DNA of 64,000 nt, taken from NCBI GenBank assembly GCA_964016885.1, contig OZ024746.1, positions 47,058,001 through 47,122,000 on the forward strand. Reading direction: 5' to 3'. Shown piece by piece: positions 54,799 through 64,000 of this stretch. The translations under genes were made by a program, and so were the position numbers. The number at the start of each line of letters is the position of its first letter. Position 1 is the first letter of the stretch. This DNA is from Eledone cirrhosa (lineage: Eukaryota). Below the pieces are notes generated by a model. That model was given only the letters and a program-made list of their open reading frames with translations. It did no database searches and was not told where the DNA came from.

Positions 54799-54820
54799 GG
54801 TGGTGTTGGTAGTAGTAATG
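54555..54820 (+). mobile_element. 5'-truncated long-variant SINE with (ATT)n(AGT)n(GGT)n tail expansion
   Basis: B-box to tail match, followed by a trinucleotide tract. Confidence 0.85.
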
Positions 54821-55689
54821 AAAAAGCTAATATTAATGTGTATAAGTATTTTTTTAATGACTACAATGATTGTACGGCGAGATGCAGTTTTATTTTCATC
54901 TATATTTACTTGTGCACTTCTTTTATGGAATCCGGAAGAAGTCTACTGCCTTTAAAATATTTTTAACAGTCAAATCTTTAGGGCTCACATTTTCTTTCGT
55001 CTTATTTGGATTAATAAAATGATTAGTAGTTATGGATTTAGTTCAAGTCATTCAACTAATTCGTTTCTTTATGGATATATGTGCTTAACCAAATTTAGAA
55101 ATCAGCCCAAAGAGAAAACTAACAACAAACCGAAAGGTAGCTTCAATCGCCAAACACTTTGTTAGAAGTAGTAGCCAAACCTTCGCCAAATTGCAACTTA
55201 CCTGCTTAAACGAGTGAAGAGGAACACATTTTATAGTGTAGGTTTAGAGACTGAATGCCTATGGTTAAAGATATGAGATGGTGACGGCCCTTTACAACTT
55301 CTATCATGAATATATTCCGTTCGGCCTGATCTGAGGCTAAAAAAACGAACCAAATACAATATCTACGCGATTAAATCTCTTTAACATTTTCGTAGTAGCT
55401 ACTCAATCAACAGAGATTTATTTCTAATCAATTCCTAATTAGCATCGTTCGTTCTTTGGAAACAAACCAATTATGTGAATATGAAAATTTGGGCCGGGGT
55501 GGATATTATTTGCGAAAATCATTTCCTTCGGTATAACACTAATTATATTGACATTTGTTTTCGGGGTCAACCTTCACTTCACCTAAACATTCTATCAGTC
55601 TCTACCTGCTAGAAATAGCAACCAAATCTGCCTCGATTCTGCTGCACTGAGAAAGGAATGGACACATTGAATTTTATAGTTCTTAAAAA

Positions 55690-55900
55690 ACAAGATGATC
55701 ACGACTTGAACACTTCTTCCAGCGGGTCCTGTCAGAAGCAACCGCCTCCAACTGATCTGGTTGGATCCCGAAGCGATACCAGCCAAGCCCATTGATGCTA
55801 TCCAATCATCTTGTTCGTTTGTACTTCCACGTTTGCTCAAAGAACTGTCGCAATGGGAATATTTAGCCGACTGTATTGCGTCCACGTTGAAAACCACACT
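55690..55900 (-). mobile_element. Old RTE-like 3' fragment
   Basis: ORF segment ...MGLAGIASGSNQISWRRLL...; similar to 27650-27815. Confidence 0.35.
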
Positions 55901-56469
55901 GACTCTGAAAGAACCCCCCCCCCCCTCACACACACACCAAGGAATTACAATCGGGAGTGATAATCCCAATTTCCAAAAAGAAACAAAAGAGATTGCTCCA
56001 GTCATAAAGAAATCTCCTTGTTAAGCCTCCCCGGTAAAGCCTCCCCGGTAAAGTCTGACAGACGGATGTAGAGAGATTGTCGCGTCCAAGCTAGCTGATT
56101 AATCCTAATTTTAATTAGATAGTACATGTAATAGATGGTGGACAATAGTCCATTCCACAATCAACTCAGTCTGCACAGATATTAACCATGAAAAAGACGT
56201 CATTTTTTTCCATGATGAATAGTATAATGGATAAATTGATTGCATAAATAATTTTGGAACATCGTTTTAACTAAACATTAAATATAAATGTAGATGATGA
56301 CATTGTTCTGTGTTACCAATACGAGTCTTAAGCACCATACATTTTACTTTTACTTTGTAGGAAATAATATTTCAAGACAGGAATATTTAAAGATATTCGC
56401 AATGTTTGTTCTTTCCATGAATATTACATTCGAATGTCTGAAAGCAGCTTCGATAGGAGGAGGAAAACA

Positions 56470-57097
56470 TTTCATAATATATTATATTAACTTTGCCTTT
56501 CATAATATATTATATTAACTTTGCCTTTCATAATATATTATATTAACTTTGCCTTTCATCCTTATGGGGTCGATAAAATAAAGTACCAGTAATACACTGG
56601 GTAATTGCTGGCCTTGTGCCAATATATTATATTAACTTTGCCTTTCATAATATATTATATTAACTTTGCCTTTCATAATATATTATATTAACTTTGCCTT
56701 TCATAATATATTATATTAACTTTGCCTTTCATAATATATTATATTAACTTTGCCTTTCATAATATATTATATTAACTTTGCCTTTCATAATATATTATAT
56801 TAACTTTGCCTTTCATAATATATTATATTAACTTTGCCTTTCATAATATATTATATTAACTTTGCCTTTCATCCTTATGGGGTCGATAAAATAAAGTACC
56901 AGTAATACACTGGGTAATTGCTGGCCTTGTGCCAATATATTATATTAACTTTGCCTTTCATAATATATTATATTAACTTTGCCTTTCATAATATATTATA
57001 TTAACTTTGCCTTTCATCCTTATGGGGTTGATAAAATAAAGTACCAGTAATACACTGGGTAATTGCTGGCCTTGTGCCAAAAGTGTAAACAATTATA
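56470..57097 (+). repeat. SINE-derived 28-bp minisatellite interleaved with three SINE tails
   Basis: Unit TTTCATAATATATTATATTAACTTTGCC: 3 units, tail, partial + 8 units, tail, partial + 2 units, tail. Confidence 0.95.
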
Positions 57098-58471
57098 TTA
57101 ATGTAAATGTCACAAAGAAATATATCTTAGTTGAATCTTCGGGAGGATTTAAAACATCTAACTACACAAGATTAGATTCTAAACATATTCCTAAACTCAA
57201 ACATAAATATTGAGAACAGTTCCTTAAAGAAGCCGCTATATATTGATACCATAATTTACTATTTTCTGTGCTATTAATAAAAAAATCATTAATTCACCCA
57301 ATAACGTACATTTATATACGTACGTAAATCTGTTGGTTCTTTTTTGATTTTGTTTTTTTTTTATATGATATATACTTAGAACTTTGTCAAAAGCAAAGGT
57401 TAGTTAGAAAAATGAAACTTTAGGTCTGTTATCAATTATGTTTCTGCCAACTTTGTCTATGGATAAAGTAAGTAAGTTGGCAGATTCGTCTTATCACCAA
57501 AGCAGTCAATAAAATCAAAGGAAGTATTGTAGTAATGAAACAAACCAGTAGAAGAAAAGTTTATTTTGCCAGAAAATTAGAGATCAAGCGAAACTAATGG
57601 AAATACTTCTTAGAGTAGTAGAGCTTTCCAAATAATTGCTGTCAAGAATATAAAGGTAGCAACAAAAATATGTTTATAGTGCTAGCTTCAGTCACTTGTA
57701 TCCATTATACGTGGTTAATTGCATCACTATTTCTTGTCGATTTTATTTTATGAAGAAATTCATAACTCAGTCGTTTCCTGTGATTATTGATTTTGTTTCT
57801 TTTTTATTTTTGTTTATATAAATTGAACAGCTTGGAAATTGATTCCATCCTGTCTTTTTGCATTTCAGATTTTTAAATACTTGCTTGGAAAATGACCCTG
57901 GAAATATCTTACGCGCACACAAACATACAAACACACACATACGCACATACGCAAACGCACAAACAAACATTCATTCTCACATTCACACATATACACAAAC
58001 AATGTATCATGTTCCATGGACTCTTAGGACGACGAATACATACATGAATATGGCAAGACCAAGAATACACCTCAAGCTCACATCAACGTAGGACACCGCA
58101 GCATGAGTGACAGGAGAATGTAACTTATCCGGAAAGGGTACAGGAATCAAAGGAAGACAAACTCGTGTGTGACATAAATGTTGCTCTTTACTCGTTTGAA
58201 TCCGTTAAACTAACAACAAGCAAAAGCAATGGAAGATAGCCACAAACAACAAATAACACAGGCTTGAAGTAAGGATATTATATTTCATGTGCATCAACTG
58301 AATCACGTAACATTCACATATCTATTCATGCAAGATCATACATACACAGTAATGGGGCCTTTGATGGTTTAGACGTCGATGTTCTAGCCATTCAACGGGA
58401 TGTACTGAATTACACATACATACATACATACATATATATGTGTGTATATATATATAATATAATATAGAAGA

Positions 58472-58522
58472 GGCTTCTATAGGACTAGAACTGTTTCATT
58501 CGGCAGAAATCATCAGAAAGCC
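58472..58522 (-). ncRNA. Type I hammerhead (family 3)
   Basis: GGCUUU CUGAUGA U UUC UGCC GAA U GAAA CAG UUCUAGUC CUA UA GAAGCC; 6-bp stem I, intact core, one stem III mismatch (sister copies have CUG). Confidence 0.65.
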
Positions 58523-58542
58523 CTGACTCGACCCAGGATAAA

Positions 58543-60178
<1,636 letters not shown>

Positions 60179-60198
60179 ATATATATATATATATTTAT

Positions 60199-60231
<33 letters not shown>

Positions 60232-60233
60232 CA

Positions 60234-60382
<149 letters not shown>

Positions 60383-60949
60383 GATATATATATAATGGTT
60401 ACTATTTATAAATTGATATAACACCATTCATAGCTCTTATGCTACAGACAGCCGATAGCTTGAGACAATGCACGTAAAGAACTAGGTCACAATGACAACT
60501 ATCATAAAAGTGTTATATCACAGCTGCTATAGTATATTATCAAGCAACATAGACGTAACATATCACTCGGTGCTCGTGTAATAACCGTTATTAAAGTAAT
60601 GATAATTGACAGCGTAAATAGATTAATCACCATTAAGGGATTATTGGCTACATTGGATAGAATAGTTGGTACATTGTTTGCTGACATTGAGTTACAATGT
60701 ATAGTGTGCTGTCACTTGTGATTAATTTTGTAAAGAGATCAAATCAAGGTTTTGCTGTACTTAATAACATTGCTTATATGACTATCGTTGTGTAACAGAA
60801 TCCATAGGTAAAATTTCAGAATAAAGTTCATTGCGTCATTTAGTCACGTATTATTACGTTTTATGTTCAAGTACCGCTGCACTGGTTTTTAGTTTACATC
60901 GATGAAATAAAATGGCAGTTGGCACTTCATATCTTGTAATGATTCAGCA

Positions 60950-61620
60950 GAAAATAACTAAATACTGGGCTTGTTAATTTAAATGGTGGGATTTTCCAGT
61001 CAAAACTTTAATAAAATGCCGTTTGCAAACCAGACATAGTAATATGGGACAAAGGAAAGAAGGCATGCACAGCAGTGAAGGTCAACTGCCCAGCAGATGT
61101 CAATATAATGCTAAAGATCAGTGAAAAGGAGAACATTTATGCTGAACTAATGAGGAATCTGTAGGAATCTGCAGTTACTCTACCTTAACTATACCGTTAG
61201 ACTTGTACCTGTGACCATTGGGGATCTTAGATAAGTTGCTAATTTCAGAAGCTGGGTTTCACAGAACCATAAAGAGCACAGCTTGTTAGGAAGTTGCAAG
61301 TTAGTCCCAACTTAGCAAGAACTAGAAAAATATGTAAAATATTTCAGAAATTTTGCATGTAATAACACAGAAATATATACACGTGTACACATATAACTAA
61401 AAACATGCAGCAACATACATACCTTAACATTCATACCTGCACACACGCGCGCATGCGTTTGCACACACACATGCACACGCACACGCACACACACACACGA
61501 ACACATACAGACATACATACGTATTTACCTCGATGGCGTTGTCTAAAGTCCAATAAACGAGTCTTGTGTCTATGTTAGAAACCGGCTCTATCTCTATTGG
61601 TAAACATTTCTAAAATAAGT
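60950..61620 (+). mobile_element. RLE LINE 3' fragment with 3'UTR
   Basis: WWDFPVK...KPDIVIWDKGKKACTAVKVNCPADVNI...EKENIYAELMRNL (PD-(D/E)xK-like); UTR ends GTGTCTATGTTAGAAACCG...CTATTGGTAAA. Confidence 0.7.
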
Positions 61621-61659
61621 AAACACGAACAAATTTACATATATACATAACCACGTACG

Positions 61660-61896
61660 TATATACATACTTACATACATACACACATAATTACATACAT
61701 ACATACAAACATACATACATACATACAAACATACATGCATACATACAAACATACATGCATACATACATACAAACATACATGCATACATACAAGCATACAT
61801 ACATACATGCATACATACATACAAACATACATGCATACATACATACATACATACATACATACATACATACATACATACATACATACATACATACAT
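61660..61896. repeat. (TACA)n tetranucleotide tract
   Basis: Direct inspection. Confidence 0.95.
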
Positions 61897-61899
61897 AAA

Positions 61900-62335
61900 T
61901 CTGCAGATACTCCACCCTGATTACACCTTCAGATTTATGCCTGTGATTATTGGGGCACTGGGATATGTTAGTAACTGCCTCAATACAAATCTTGAGAAGC
62001 TAGGCTTCACAGGAACAGAAAGTACACATCTAGTTAGGAAATTACAAGTACAATCCATTAATGGAACAGTAAAAATATGTAAAACATTCCAAAAATTCTG
62101 CATCTAATAACTGCATATACACATGTACAGATACAAAGCATATACACATGCACACATACAACTCAAAACATCCACATCCACACATACAATAACATCCATA
62201 TCTACACATGCATGCATGCAGACATACATACATATCTACCTAGTTGCTGTTGTGTAAATTCCAATGAGAGAGTTTTGTGTCTATGTTAGAAACCGACTCT
62301 CTCTCTCTATTGGTAAAACTTTGTGAAATTATAAA
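61900..62335 (+). mobile_element. Second, related RLE LINE 3' fragment
   Basis: QILHPDYTFRFMPVIIGALGYV...KLQVQSINGTVKICKTFQKF* with the same 3'UTR end motif as the upstream copy. Confidence 0.7.
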
Positions 62336-62394
62336 ACCAGAAGAACATATATACATACATACATACATACAAACATACATGCATACATACATAC

Positions 62395-62471
62395 ATTCAT
62401 GATGGCTGCCCCCTCGTTATCGAGTATGGCCATTGCACAATAAAAAAATAAATAAATAAAAATAAAAAAAA

Positions 62472-62522
<51 letters not shown>

Positions 62523-62553
62523 AAAAAAAAAAAAAAAAAAAAAAAGGGAAAAG

Positions 62554-62586
<33 letters not shown>

Positions 62587-62708
62587 TATACACATATATA
62601 TATATACACATATATATACACACACACATACATACACATACATACATATATACACACACACATACATACACATACACTCACACATATATACACACATACA
62701 TTAATAAC

Positions 62709-62757
<49 letters not shown>

Positions 62758-62836
62758 GCAATAATAATAATAACGACAACAACAATAATAATATACATAT
62801 TCATATATATATACACACACACGCACGCACATAAGC

Positions 62837-62876
<40 letters not shown>

Positions 62877-64000
62877 GATAGCAACTAACAGTGCTGCGAT
62901 CGAATGTGGCTTTTTAGCCCAGCCAATGATCTAAAATGTCTTGCACAGAGTCGGCAACCAAAACATTTACTGGGAATAGTCGGCTGTGGTTGGAGTTCGT
63001 GTACTTTTGCATGTCGCTTGAGTCCTCCTGCTGATTTACATTCTCTACCACATGTTTGGCAAGCATGATGAGTAGCATCTCCAACAGCAGCCTGGTAGTC
63101 AACCACTGGTCTTACTTTATGACTGCGAAGATGACTTTCGAGTCCAGCTTTGCTTAGGCAGAGTCTCGCACAGACGCTGCATGTCAGAAACATAGGAGGA
63201 CCCTCGCCGTCTGGAAGTGCAACAGCAATACCCTTCCTCACGTCCCGCCTTACTTTCTCGTGTGCGATTCGAGATGCCTCAAAGGCAACTTTTCCCTCAT
63301 ATACAGTCTTTCTCCATTTACTACGATCAGCAGCAATATTTTCCCATGTATCAGCAGAGATGTTAGCGTCTTTCAGAGAGGCCTTCAAGGAATCCTTATA
63401 CCTCTTTTTTGGTTTATGTGGCGGTCGTTTTCCTTTAACCAACTCTCCATAGAAGAGTTGTTTTGGTATTCTAGAATCCTTCATCCTGGCAAGGTGACCA
63501 CTCCAACGGAGTCGCTGCTTAAGCACAAGAGCTTCTATACTGTCACACATAGAGCTTTCCAAAATCTCGACATCACTGATGTGGTCCCTCCAGTGAACGC
63601 CATGTATCCGTCTGAGACACATCTGATGGAAACGCTCCAATTGCTTAAGGTGGCGTCGATATGTGACCCAGGTCTCGCAGGCATAAAGAAGACAAGAGAG
63701 TACACATGCCCTGTACACCCTTACCTTTGTCCTCCTGCATATGTCTCGCCGACCCCAGAGTCGCCTTTCTAGCTTTCCGAAAGCATCACTTGCTTTCCTA
63801 ATCCTAAGTGAGATTTCACTGTCAAGGTTGCCGTATCGATTGACAGTGCTTCCCAGGTAGACAAACTGATCAACCACTCCAAGTCGTTTGCCATACACAT
63901 AGATGTTTGGTTCAGTGTACTGCCTACCAGGTGCAGGTTGGTACATGACGACGGTTTTCTTGAGACTGACAGTCAAACCCAGGGCAGTGCAAGCGTCAGG
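62395..64000 (-). mobile_element. RTE-clade LINE, 3' portion (continues beyond window)
   Basis: ORF plus terminal motif GTGCAATGGCCATACTCGATAACGAGGGGGCAGCCATC and an (ATGT)n tail. Confidence 0.85.
62885..64000 (-). CDS. RTE LINE ORF C-terminal part (RT end/thumb + three C2H2 zinc fingers), partial
   Basis: Open for 372 codons to the window edge: GLTVSLKKT, FVYLGS, TKVRVYRACVLSCLLYACETW, RLRWSGHLARM, IPKQLFYGEL, DRSKWR, then three C-x2-C...H fingers. Confidence 0.9.
   Translation of the reverse strand, partial: PDACTALGLTVSLKKTVVMYQPAPGRQYTEPNIYVYGKRLGVVDQFVYLGSTVNRYGNLDSEISLRIRKASDAFGKLERRLWGRRDICRRTKVRVYRACVLSCLLYACETWVTYRRHLKQLERFHQMCLRRIHGVHWRDHISDVEILESSMCDSIEALVLKQRLRWSGHLARMKDSRIPKQLFYGELVKGKRPPHKPKKRYKDSLKASLKDANISADTWENIAADRSKWRKTVYEGKVAFEASRIAHEKVRRDVRKGIAVALPDGEGPPMFLTCSVCARLCLSKAGLESHLRSHKVRPVVDYQAAVGDATHHACQTCGRECKSAGGLKRHAKVHELQPQPTIPSKCFGCRLCARHFRSLAGLKSHIRSQHC

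Noticed and set aside
56470-57097. 28-bp repeats as a CRISPR array
   Set aside because: Units are contiguous, the interspersed pieces are identical SINE tails rather than unique spacers, there are no cas genes, and the context is eukaryotic.

Overview
AT-rich, repeat-saturated eukaryotic DNA with no host protein-coding gene I can support. The SINE families, (TA)n/(CA)n density and LINE complement resemble an octopod cephalopod genome (inferred from recalled repeat sequences, not from a search). The window holds about 15 copies of a tRNA-derived SINE, one CORE-type SINE, and decayed R4/Dong-like (RLE), RTE and L1/Tx1-like LINE fragments. It also holds a probable non-autonomous Helitron and three different Penelope-like elements (PLEs), two with RT plus GIY-YIG and one represented by GIY-YIG/3' fragments. 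An RTE ORF with three C-terminal C2H2 fingers runs off the right edge. The main unexplained signal is non-coding. A ~470-bp unit repeated in tandem and inverted orientation at 20.8-22.9 kb carries one minimal type I hammerhead ribozyme per unit, with an unusual U-U pair closing stem II and an upstream octamer, i.e. a retrozyme/satellite-2-like system. At least three further hammerhead families occur elsewhere, and the window is unusually rich in local fold-back palindromes next to (TA)n tracts. All ribozyme folds were paired by eye; none is experimentally or computationally verified. Repeat boundaries are approximate.
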